Assembly (NCBI GenBank): GCA_964016885.1
Contig: OZ024743.1
Location: forward strand, 185,504,001 to 185,568,000
Origin: Eledone cirrhosa
Lineage: Eukaryota
Direction: 5' to 3'
DNA length: 64,000 nt
Shown: positions 39,901-53,000 of the stretch, in pieces
How the letters are laid out: each line of letters opens with the position of its first letter
How positions within the stretch are numbered: the stretch's first letter is position 1
Notes under the pieces: model-generated
Database searches by the model: none
Seen by the model: the letters and a program-made list of their open reading frames with translations, nothing else
What the model was told of the DNA's origin: nothing
Translations under genes and position numbers: made by a program

Positions 39901-42900
39901 ATTCTAGCATGGCATAAACGTTAACAGTGTTGGTGAGTGAGATTCTAGTATGGCATAAACGTTAACAGTGTTGGTGAGTGAGATTCTAGCATGGCATAAA
40001 CGTTAACAGTGTTAGTGAGTGAGATTCTAGCATGGCATAAACCTTAACAGTGTTGGTGAGTGAGATTCTAGTATGGCATAAACGTTAACAGTGTTTGTGA
40101 GTGAGATTCTAGTATGGCATAAACGTTAACAGTGTTGTTGAGTGAGATTCTAGTATGGCATAAACGTTAACAGTGTTGGTGAGTGAGATTCTAGTATGGC
40201 ATAAACGTTAACAGTATTGGTGAGTGAGATTCTAGTATGGCATAAACGTTAACAGTGTTGGTGAGTCAGATTCTAGCATGGCATAAACGTTAACAGTGTT
40301 GTTGAGTGAGATTCTAGCATGGCATAAACGTTAACAATGTTGGTGAGTCAGATTCTAGCATGGCATAAACGTTAACAGTATTGGTGAGTGAGATTCTAGT
40401 ATGGCATAAACGTTAACAGTGTTGGTGAGTCAGATTCTAGCATGGCATAAACGTTAACAGTGTTGGTGAGTGAGATTCTAGTATGGCATAAACGTTAACA
40501 ATGTTGGTGAGTGAGATCCTAGTATGGCATAAACGTTAACAGTGTTGTTGAGTGAGATTCTAGTATGGCATAAACGTTAACAGTGTTGTTGAGTGAGATT
40601 CTAGTATGGCATAAACGTTAACAGTGTTGTTGAGTGAGATTCTAGTATGGCATACACATTAACAGTGTTGTTGAGTGAGATTCTAGTATGGCATAAACGT
40701 TAACAGTGTTGGTGAGTGAGATTCTAGTATGGCATACACATTAACAGTGTTGTTGATTTAGATTCTAGTATGGCATACACATTAACAGTGTTGTTGAGTG
40801 AGATTCTAGTATGGCATAAACGTTAACAGTGTTGGTGAGTGAGATTCTAGTATGGCATACACATTAACAGTGTTGTTGATTGAGATTCTAGTATGGCATA
40901 CACATTAACAGTGTTCTTGAGTGAGATTCTAGTATGGCATAAACGTTAACAGTGTTGGTGAGTGAGATTCTAGCATGGCATAAACGTTAACAATGTTGGT
41001 GAGTGAGATCCTAGTATGGCATAAACGTTAACAGTGTTGTTGAGTGAGATTCTAGTATGGCATAAACGTTAACAGTGTTGGTGAGTGAGATTCTAGTATG
41101 GCATAAACGTTAATAGTGTTGTTGAGTGAGATTCTAGTATGGCATAAACGTTAACAGTGTTGGTGAGTGAGATTATAGTATGGCATAAACGTTAACAGTG
41201 TTGGTGAGTGAGATTCTAGTATGGCATACACATTAACAGTGTTGTTGATTGAGATTCTAGTATGGCATACACATTAACAGTGTTGTTGAGTGAGATTCTA
41301 GTATGGCATAAACGTTAACAGTGTTGGTGAGTGAGATTCTAGCATGGCATAAACGTTAACAGTGTTGGTGAGTGAGATTCTAGTATGGCATAAACATTAA
41401 CAGAGTTGGTGAGTGAGATTCTAGTATGGCATAAACGTTAACAGTGTTGTTGAGTGAGATTCTAGCATGGCATAAACGTTAACAGTGTTGTTGAGTGAGA
41501 TCCTAGTATGGCATAAACGTTAACAGTGTTGTTGAGTGAGATTCTAGTATGGCATAAACGTTAACAGTGTTGGTGAGTCAGATTCTAGCATGGCATAAAC
41601 GTCAACAGTGTTGTTGAGTGAGATTCTAGTATGGCATAAACGTTAACAGTGTTGATGAGTGAGATTCTAGCATGGCATAAACGTTAACAGTGTTGGTGAG
41701 TGAGATTCTAGTATCGCATAAACGTTAACAGTGTTGGTGAGTAAGATTCTAGTATGGCATAAACGTTAACAGTGTTGGTGAGTGAGATTCTAGTATGGCA
41801 TAAACGTTAACAGTGTTGGTGAGTCAGATTCTAGTATGGCATAAACGTTAACAGTGTTGGTGAGTGAGATTCTAGTATGGCATAAACGTTAACAATGTTG
41901 GTGAGTCAGATTCTAGCATGGCATAAACGTTAACAGTTTTGTTGAGTCAGATTCTAGTATGGCCTAAACGTTAACAGTGTTGGTGAGTGAGATTCTAGTA
42001 TGGCATAAACGTTAACAGTGTTGTTGATTGAGATTCTAGCATGGCATAAACGTTAACAGTGTTGGTGAGTGAGATTCTAGCATGACATAAACGTTAACAG
42101 TGTTGTTGAGCGAGATTCTAGCATGGCATAAACGTTAACAGTGTTGTTGAGTGAGATCCTAGTATAGCATAAACGTTAACAGTGTTGTTGAGTGAGATTC
42201 TAGTATGGCATAAACGTTAACAGTTTTGGTGAGTGAGATTCTAGTATGGCATAAACGTTAACAGTGTTGTTGAGTGAGATTCTAGTACGGCATAAACGTT
42301 AACAGTGTTTGTGAGTGAGATTCTAGTATGGCATAAACGTTAACAGTGTTGTTGAGTGAGATTCTAGTATGGCATAAACGTTAACAGTGTTGGTGAGTGA
42401 GATTCTAGTATGGCATAAACGTTAACAGTATTGGTGAGTGAGATTCTAGTATGGCATAAACGTTAACAGTGTTGGTGAGTCAGATTCTAGCATGGCATAA
42501 ACGTTAACAGTGTTGTTGAGTGAGATTCTAGCATGGCATAAACGTTAACAATGTTGGTGAGTCAGATTCTAGCATGGCATAAACGTTAACAGTATTGGTG
42601 AGTGAGATTCTAGTATGGCATAAACGTTAACAGTGTTGGTGAGTCAGATTCTAGCATGGCATAAACGTTAACAGTGTTGGTGAGTGAGATTCTAGTATGG
42701 CATAAACGTTAACAATGTTGGTGAGTGAGATCCTAGTATGGCATAAACGTTAACAGTGTTGTTGAGTGAGATTCTAGTATGGCATAAACGTTAACAGTGT
42801 TGGTGAGTGAGATTCTAGTATGGCATAAACGTTAACAGTGTTGTTGAGTGAGATTCTATTGTGGCATAAACGTTAACAGTGTTGGTGAGTGAGATTATAG

Positions 42901-44050
42901 TATGGCATAAACGTTAACAGTGTTGGTGAGTGAGATTCTAGTATGGCATACACATTAACAGTGTTGTTGATTGAGATTCTAGTATGGCATACACATTAAC
43001 AGTGTTGTTGAGTGAGATTCTAGTAAGGCATAAACGTTAACAGTGTTGGTGAGTGAGATTCTAGCATGGCATAAACGTTAACAATGTTGGTGAGTGAGAT
43101 CCTAGTATGGCATAAACGTTAACAGTGTTGTTGAGTGAGATTCTAGTATGGCATAAACGTTAACAGTGTTGGTGAGTGAGATTCTAGTATGGCATAAACG
43201 TTAACAGTGTTGTTGAGTGAGATTCTAGTATGGCATAAACGTTAACAGTGTTGGTGAGTGAGATTCTAGTATGGCATACACATTAACAGTGTTGTTGATT
43301 GAGATTCTAGTATGGCATACACATTAACAGTGTTGTTGAGTGAGATTCTAGTATGGCATAAACGTTAAAAGTGTTGGTGAGTGAGATTCTAGCATGGCAT
43401 AAACGTTAACAGTGTTGGTGAGTGAGATTCTAGTATGGCATAAACATTAACAGAGTTGGTGAGTGAGATTCTAGTATGGCATAAACGTTAACAATGTTGG
43501 TGAGTCAGATTCTAGCATGGCATAAACGTTAACAGTTTTGTTGAGTCAGATTCTAGTATGGCATAAACGTTAACAGTGTTGGTGAGTGAGATTCTAGTAT
43601 GGCATAAACATTAACAGTGTTGTTGAGTGAGATTCTAGCATGGCATAAACGTTAACAGTGTTGGTGAGTGAGATTCTAGCATGGCATAAACCTTAACAGT
43701 GTTGGTGAGTGAGATTCTAGTATGGCATAAACGTTAACAGAGTTGGTGAGTGATATTCTAGTATGGCATAAACGTTAACAGTGTTGTTGAGTGAGATTCT
43801 AGCATGGCATAAACGTTAACAGTGTTGTTGAGTCAGATCCTAGTATAGCATAAACGTTAACAGTGTTGTTGAGTGAGATTCTAGTATGGCATAAACGTTA
43901 ACAGTTTTGGTGAGTGAGATTCTAGTATGGCATAAACGTTAACAGTGTTGTTGAGTGAGATTCTAGTATGGCATAAACGTTAACAGTGTTGGTGAGTGAG
44001 ATTCTAGTATGGCATACACATTAACAGTGTTGTTGATTGAGATTCTAGTA
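30200..44050 (+). repeat. Large higher-order duplication II, copy 1 (about 338 monomers)
   Basis: Colinear markers, each offset a multiple of 41: GTGCG 30671/44529 (13858), CATATACG 34091/47416 (13325), GTTCTTG C at 34971/48419 (13448), TGTTGTTTAG 38001/51736 (13735), GGCCTAAA 41961/55573, AGATTCTATTG 42851/56463, TAGTAAGG 43021/56633 (13612). Confidence 0.9.
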
Positions 44051-44059
44051 TGGCATAAA

Positions 44060-47000
44060 CGTTAACAGTGTTGGTGAGTGAGATTCTAGTATGGCATAAA
44101 CGTTAACAGTGTTTGTGAGTGAGATTCTAGTATGGCATAAACGTTAACAGTGCTGTTGAGTGAGATTCTAGTATGGCATAAACGTTAACAGTGTTGGTGA
44201 GTGAGATTCTAGTATGGCATAAACTTTAACAGTATTGGTGAGTGAGATTCTAGTATGGCATAAACGTTAACTGTGTTGGTGAGTCAGATTCTAGCATGGC
44301 ATAAACATTAACAGTGTTGTTGAGTGAGATTCTAGCATGGCATAAACGTTAACAATGTTGGTGAGTCAGATTCTAGCATGGCATAAACGTTAACAGTATT
44401 GGTGAGTGAGATTCTAGTATGGCATAAACGTTAACAGTGTTGGTGAGTCAGATTCTAGTATGGCATAAACGTTAACAATGTTGGTGAGTGAGATCCTAGT
44501 ATGGCATAAACGTTAACAGTGTTGTTGAGTGCGATTCTAGTATGGCATAAACGTTAACAGTGTTGGTGAGTGAGATTCTAGTATGGCATAAACGTTAACG
44601 GTGTTGTTGAGTGAGATTCTAGTATGGCATAAACGTTAACAGTGTTGGTGAGTGAGATTATAGTATGGCATAAACGTTAACAGTGTTGGTGAGTGAGATT
44701 CTAGTATGGCATACACATTAACAGTGTTGTTGATTGAGATTCTAGTATGGCATACACATTAACAGTGTTGTTGAGTGAGATTCTAGTATGGCATAAACGT
44801 TAACAGTGTTGGTGAGTGAGATTCTAGCATGGCATAAACGTTAACAGTGTTGGTGAGTGAGATTCTAGTATGGCATAAACATTAACAGAGTTGGTGAGTG
44901 AGATTCTAGTATGGCATAAACGTTAACAGTGTTGTTGAGTGAGATTCTAGCATGGCATAAACGTTAACAGTGTTGTTGAGTGAGATCCTAGTATGGCATA
45001 AACGTTAACAGTGTTGTTGAGTGAGATTCTAGTATGGCATAAACGTTAACAGTGTTGTTGAGTGAGATTCTAGTATGGCATAAACGTTAACAGTGTTGAT
45101 GAGTGAGATTCTAGCATGGCATAAACGTTAACAGTGTTGGTGAGTGAGATTCTAGTATGGCATAAACGTTAACAGTGTTGTTGAGTGAGATTCTAGCATG
45201 GCATAAACGTTGACAGTATTGGTGAGTGAGATTCTAGTATGGCATAAACGTTAACAGTGTTGTTGAGTGAGATTCTAGTATGGCATAAACGTTAACAGTG
45301 TTGTTGAGTGAGATTCTAGTATGGCATAAACGTTAACAGTGTTGATGAGTGAGATTCTAGCATGGCATAAACGTTAACAGTGTTGGTGAGTGAGATTCTA
45401 GTATGGCATAAACGTTAACAGAGTTGGTGAGCGAGATTCTAGTATGGCATAAACGTTAACAGTGTTGTTGAGTGAGATTCTAGCATGGCATAAACGTTAA
45501 CAGTGTTGTTGAGTGAGATCCTAGTATGGCATAAACGTTAACAGTGTTGTTGAGTGAGATTCTAGTATGGCATAAACGTTAACAGTGTTGGTGAGTGAGA
45601 TTGTATTATGGCATAAACGTTAACAGTGTTGTTGAGTGAGATTCTAGTATGGCATAAACGTTAACAGTGTTGGTGAGTGAGATTATAGTATGGCATAAAC
45701 GTTAACAGTGTTGGTGAGTGAGATTCTAGTATGGCATACACATTAACAGTGTTGTTGATTGAGATTCTAGTATGGCATACACATTAACAGTGTTGTTGAG
45801 TGAGATTCTAGCATGGCATAAACGTCAACAGTGTTGTTGAGCGAGTTTCTAGCATGGCATAAACGTTGACAGTGTTGGTGAGTGAGATTCTAGCATGGCA
45901 TAAACGTTGACAGTATTGGTGAGTGAGATTCTAGTATGGCATAAACGTTAACAGTGTTGTTGAGTGAGATTCTAGTATGGCATAAACGTTAACAGTGTTG
46001 TTGAGTGAGATTCTAGTATGGCATAAACGTTAACAGTGTTGGTGAGTGAGATTCTAGCATGGCATAAACGTTAACAGTGTTGGTGAGTGAGATTCTAGTA
46101 TGGCATAAACGTTAACAGAGTTGGTGAGTGAGATTCTAGTATGGCATAAACGTTAACAGTGATGTTGAGTGAGATTCTAGCATGGCATAAACGTTAACAG
46201 TGTTGTTGAGTGAGATCCTAGTATAGCATAAACGTTAACAGTGTTGTTGAGTGAGATTCTAGTATGGCATAAACGTTAACAGTTTTGGTGAGTGAGATTC
46301 TAGTATGGCATAAACGTTAACAGTGTTGTTGAGTGAGATTCTAGTATGGCATAAACGTTAACAGTGTTGGTGAGTGAGATTCTAGTATGGCATATACATT
46401 AACAGTGTTGTTGATTGAGATTCTAGTATGGCATACACATTAACAGTGTTGTTGAGTGAGATTCTAGTATGGCATAAACGTTAACAGAGTTGGTGAGTGA
46501 GATTCTAGTATGGCATAAACGTTAACAGTGTTGTTGAGTGAGATTCTAGCATGGCATAAACGTTAACAGTGTTGTTGAGTGAGATCCTAGTATGGCATAA
46601 ACGTTAACAGTGTTGTTGAGTGAGATTCTAGTATGGCATAAACGTTAACAGTGTTGGTGAGCGAGATTCTAGTATGGCATAAACGTTAACAGTGTTGTTG
46701 AGTGAGATTCTAGTATGGCATAAACGTTAACAGTGTTGGTGAGTGAGATTCTAGTATGGCATAAACGTTAACAGTATTGGTGAGTGAGATTCTGGTATGG
46801 CATAAACGTTAACAGTGTTGGTGAGTCAGATTCTAGCATGGCATAAACGTTAACAGTGTTGTTGAGTGAGATTCTAGCATGGCATAAACGTTAACAGTGT
46901 TGGTGAGTGAGATTCTAGTATCGCATAAACGTTAACAGTGTTGGTGAGTCAGATTCTAGCATGGCATAAACTTAAACAGTTTTGTTGAGTCAGATTCTAG

Positions 47001-50000
47001 TATGGCATAAACGTTAACAGTGTTGGTGAGTGAGATTCTAGTATGGCATAAAAGTTAACAGTTTTGTTGAGTCAGATTCTAGCATGGCATAAACGTTAAC
47101 AGTGTTGGTGAGTGAGATTCTAGTATGGCATAAACGTTAACAGTGTTGGTGAGTGAGATTCTAGTATGGCATAAACGTTAACAGTTTTGTTGAGTCAGAT
47201 TCTAGTATGGCATAAACGTTAACAGTGTTGGTGAGTGAGATTCTAGTATGGCATAAACGTTAACAGTGTTGGTGAGTGAGATTCTAGTATGGCATAAACG
47301 TTAACAGTTTTGTTGAGTCAGATTCTAGCATGGCATAAACGTTAACAGTGTTGGTGAGTGAGATTCTAGTATGGCATAAACGTTAACAGTGTTGGTGAGT
47401 CAGATTCTAGCATGGCATATACGTTAACAGTGTTGGTGAGTGAGATTCTAGTATGGCATAAACGTTAACAGTGTTGGTGAGTGAGATTCTAGCATGGCAT
47501 AAACGTTAACAGTGTTGGTGAGTGAGATTCTAGCATGGCATAAACGTTAACAGTGTTGGTGAGTGAGATTCTAGTATGGCATAAACGTTAACAGTGTTTG
47601 TGAGTGAGATTCTAGTATGGCATAAACGTTAACAGTGTTGTTGAGTGAGATTCTAGTATGGCATAAACGTTAACAGTGTTGGTGAGTGAGATTCTAGTAT
47701 GGCATAAACGTTAACAGTAATGGTGAGTGAGATTCTAGTATGGCATAAACGTTAACAGTGTTGGTGAGTCAGATTCTAGCATGGCATAAACGTTAACAGT
47801 GTTGTTGAGTGAGATTCTAGCATGGCATAAACGTTAACAATGTTGGTGAGTCAGATTCTAGCATGGCATAAACGTTAACAGTATTGGTGAGTGAGATTCT
47901 AGTATGGCATAAACGTTAACAGTGTTGGTGAGTCAGATTCTAGCATGGCATAAACGTTAACAGTGTTGGTGAGTGAGATTCTAGTATGGCATAAACGTTA
48001 ACAATGTTGGTGAGTGAGATCCTAGTATGGCATAAACGTTAACAGTGTTGTTGAGTGAGATTCTACTATGGCATAAACGTTAACAGTGTTGTTGAGTGAG
48101 ATTCTAGTATGGCATAAACGTTAACAGTGTTGTTGAGTGAGATTCTAGTATGGCATACACATTAACAGTGTTGTTGAGTGAGATTCTAGTATGGCATAAA
48201 CGTTAACAGTGTTGGTGAGTGAGATTCTAGTATGGCATACACATTAACAGTGTTGTTGATTGAGATTCTAGTATGGCATACACATTAACAGTGTTGTTGA
48301 GTGAGATTCTAGTATGGCATAAACGTTAACAGTGTTGGTGAGTGAGATTCTAGTATGGCATACACATTAACAGTGTTGTTGATTGAGATTCTAGTATGGC
48401 ATACACATTAACAGTGTTCTTGAGTGAGATTCTAGTATGGCATAAACGTTAACAATGTTGGTGAGTGAGATCCTAGTATGGCATAAACGTTAACAGTGTT
48501 GTTGAGTGAGATTCTAGTATGGCATAAACGTTAACAGTGTTGGTGAGTGAGATTCTAGTATGGCATAAACGTTAATAGTGTTGTTGAGTGAGATTCTAGT
48601 ATGGCATAAACGTTAACAGTGTTGGTGAGTGAGATTATAGTATGGCATAAACGTCAACAGTGTTGGTGAGTGAGATTCTAGTATGGCATACACATTAACG
48701 GTGTTGTTGATTGAGATTCTAGTATGGCATACACATTAACAGTGTTGTTGAGTGAGATTCTAGTATGGCATAAACGTTAACAGTGTTGGTGAGTGAGATT
48801 CTAGCATGGCATAAACGTTAACAGTGTTGGTGAGTGAGATTCTAGTATGGCATAAACATTAACAGAGTTGGTGAGTGAGATTCTAGTATGGCATAAACGT
48901 TAACAGTGTTGGTGAGTGAGATTCTAGCATGGCATAAACGTTAACAGTGTTGGTGAGTGAGATTCTAGTATGGCATAAACATTAACAGAGTTGGTGAGTG
49001 AGATTCTAGTATGGCATAAACGTTAACAGTGTTGTTGAGTGAGATTCTAGCATGGCATAAACGTTAACAGTGTTGTTGAGTGAGATCCTAGTATGGCATA
49101 AACGTCAACAGTGTTGTTGAGTGAGATTCTAGTATGGCATAAACGTTAACAGTGTTGATGAGTGAGATTCTAGCATGGCATAAACGTTAACAGTGTTGGT
49201 GTGTGAGATTCTAGTATCGCATAAACGTTAACAGTGTTGGTGAGTAAGATTCTAGTATGGCATAAACGTTAACAGTGTTGGTGAGTGAGATTCTAGTATG
49301 GCATAAACGTTAACAGGGTTGGTGAGTCAGATTCTAGTATGGCATAAACGTTAACAGTGTTGGTGAGTGAGATTCTAGTATGGCATAAACGTTAACAATG
49401 TTGGTGAGTCAGATTCTAGCATGGCATAAACGTTAACAGTTTTGTTGAGTCAGATTCTAGTATGGCATAAACGTTAACAGTGTTGTTGAGTGAGATTCTA
49501 GCATGGCATAAACGTTAACAGTGTTGGTGAGTGAGATTCTAGTATGGCATAAACGTTAACAGTTTTGTTGAGTCAGATTCTAGTATGGCATAAACGTTAA
49601 CAGTGTTGGTGAGTGAGATTCTAGTATGGCATAAACGTTAACAGTGTTGGTGAGTGAGATTCTAGTATGGCATAAACGTTAACAGTGTTGGTGAGTCAGA
49701 TTCTAGCATGGCATAAACTTAAACAGTTTTGTTGAGTCAGATTCTAGTATGGCATAAACGTTAACAGTGTTGGTGAGTGAGATTCTAGTATGGCATAAAA
49801 GTTAACAGTTTTGTTGAGTCAGATTCTAGCATGGCATAAACGTTAACAGTGTTGGTGAGTGAGATTCTAGTATGGCATAAACGTTAACAGTGTTGGTGAG
49901 TGAGATTCTAGTATGGCATAAACGTTAACAGTTTTGTTGAGTCAGATTCTAGTATGGCATAAACGTTAACAGTGTTGGTGAGTGAGATTCTAGTATGGCA

Positions 50001-53000
50001 TAAACGTTAACAGTGTTGGTGAGTGAGATTCTAGTATGGCATAAACGTTAACAGTTTTGTTGAGTCAGATTCTAGCATGGCATAAACGTTAACAGTGTTG
50101 GTGAGTGAGATTCTAGTATGGCATAAACGTTAACAGTGTTGGTGAGTCAGATTCTAGCATGGCATAAACGTTAACAGTGTTGGTGAGTGAGATTCTAGTA
50201 TGGCATAAACGTTAACAGTGTTGGTGAGTGAGATTCTAGCATGGCATAAACGTTAACAGTGTTGGTGAGTGAGATTCTAGCATGGCATAAACGTTAACAG
50301 TGTTGGTGAGTGAGATTCTAGTATGGCATAAACGTTAACAGTGTTTGTGAGTGAGATTCTAGTATGACATAAACGTTAACAGTGTTGTTGAGTGAGATTC
50401 TAGTATGGCATAAACGTTAACAGTGTTGGTGAGTGAGATTCTAGTATGGCATAAACGTTAACAGTATTGGTGAGTGAGATTCTAGTATGGCATAAACGTT
50501 AACAGTGTTGGTGAGTCAGATTCTAGCATGGCATAAACGTTAACAGTGTTGTTGAGTGAGATTCTAGCATGGCATAAACGTTAACAATGTTGGTGAGTCA
50601 GATTCTAGCATGGCATAAACGTTAACAGTATTGGTGAGTGAGATTCTAGTATGGCATAAACGTTAACAGTGTTGGTGAGTCAGATTCTAGCATGGCATAA
50701 ACGTTAACAGTGTTGGTGAGTGAGATTCTAGTATGGCATAAACGTTAACAATGTTGGTGAGTGAGATCCTAGTATGGCATAAACGTTAACAGTGTTGTTG
50801 AGTGAGATTCTAGTATGGCATAAACGTTAACAGTGTTGTTGAGTGAGATTCTAGTATGGCATAAACGTTAACAGTGTTGTTGAGTGAGATTCTAGTATGG
50901 CATACACATTAACAGTGTTGTTGAGTGAGATTCTAGTATGGCATAAACGTTAACAGTGTTGGTGAGTGAGATTCTAGTATGGCATACACATTAACAGTGT
51001 TGTTGATTGAGATTCTAGTATGGCATACACATTAACAGTGTTGTTGAGTGAGATTCTAGTATGGCATAAACGTTAACAGTGTTGGTGAGTGAGATTCTAG
51101 TATGGCATACACATTAACAGTGTTGTTGATTGAGATTCTAGTATGGCATACACATTAACAGTGTTCTTGAGTGAGATTCTAGTATGGCATAAACGTTAAC
51201 AGTGTTGGTGAGTGAGATTCTAGCATGGCATAAACGTTAACAATGTTGGTGAGTGAGATCCTAGTATGGCATAAACGTTAACAGTGTTGTTGAGTGAGAT
51301 TCTAGTATGGCATAAACGTTACCAGTGTTGGTGAGTGAGATTCTAGTATGGCATAAACGTTAATAGTGTTGTTGAGTGAGATTCTAGTATGGCATAAACG
51401 TTAACAGTGTTGGTGAGTGAGATTATAGTATGGCATAAACGTTAACAGTGTTGGTGAGTGAGATTCTAGTATGGCATACACATTAACAGTGTTGTTGATT
51501 GAGATTCTAGTATGGCATACACATTAACAGTGTTGTTGAGTGAGATTCTAGTATGGCATTAACGTTAACAGTGTTGGTGAGTGAGATTCTAGCATGGCAT
51601 AAACGTTAACAGTGTTGGTGAGTGAGATTCTAGTATGGCATAAACATTAACAGAGTTGGTGAGTGAGATTCTAGTATGGCATAAACGTTAACAGTGTTGT
51701 TGAGTGAGATTCTAGCATGGCATAAACGTTAACAGTGTTGTTTAGTGAGATCCTAGTATGGCATAAACGTTAACAGTGTTGTTGAGTGAGATTCTAGTAT
51801 GGCATAAACGTTAACAGTGTTGGTGAGTCACATTCTAGCATGGCATAAACGTCAACAGTGTTGTTGAGTGAGATTCTAGTATGGCATAAACGTTAACAGT
51901 GTTGATGAGTGAGATTCTAGCATGGCATAAACGTTAACAGTGTTGGTGAGTGAGATTCTAGTATCGCATAAACGTTAACAGTGTTGGTGAGTAAGATTCT
52001 AGTATGGCATAAACGTTAACAGTGTTGGTGAGTGAGATTCTAGTATGGCATAAACGTTAACAGTGTTGGTGAGTCAGATTCTAGTATGGCATAAACGTTA
52101 ACAGTGTTGGTGAGTGAGATTCTAGTATGGCATAAACGTTAACAATGTTGGTGAGTCAGATTCTAGCATGGCATAAACGTTAACAGTTTTGTTGAGTCAG
52201 ATTCTAGTATGGCATAAACGTTAACAGTGTTGTTGAGTGAGATTCTAGCATGGCATAAACGTTAACAGTGTTGGTGAGTGAGATTCTAGCATGACATAAA
52301 CGTTAACAGTGTTGTTGAGCGAGATTCTAGCATGGCATAAACGTTAACAGTGTTGTTGAGTGAGATCCTAGTATAGCATAAACGTTAACAGTGTTGTTGA
52401 GTGAGATTCTAGTATGGCATAAACGTTAACAGTTTTGGTGAGTGAGATTCTAGTATGGCATAAACGTTAACAGTGTTGTTGAGTGAGATTCTAGTATGGC
52501 ATAAACGTTAACAGTGTTGGTGAGTGAGATTCTAGTATGGCATATACATTAACAGTGTTGTTGATTGAGATTCTAGTATGGCATACACATTAACAGTGTT
52601 GTTGAGTGAGATTCTAGTATGGCATAAACGTTAACAGAGTTGGTGAGTGAGATTCTAGTATGGCATAAACGTTAACAGTGTTGTTGAGTGAGATTCTAGC
52701 ATGGCATAAACGTTAACAGTGTTGTTGAGTGAGATCCTAGTATGGCATAAACGTTAACAGTGTTGTTGAGTGAGATTCTAGTATGGCATAAACGTTAACA
52801 GTGTTGGTGAGCGAGATTCTAGTATGGCATAAACGTTAACAGTGTTGTTGAGTGAGATTCTAGTATGGCATAAACGTTAACAGTGTTGGTGAGTGAGATT
52901 CTAGTATGGCATAAACGTTAACAGTATTGGTGAGTGAGATTCTGGTATGGCATAAACGTTAACAGTGTTGGTGAGTCAGATTCTAGCATGGCATAAACGT

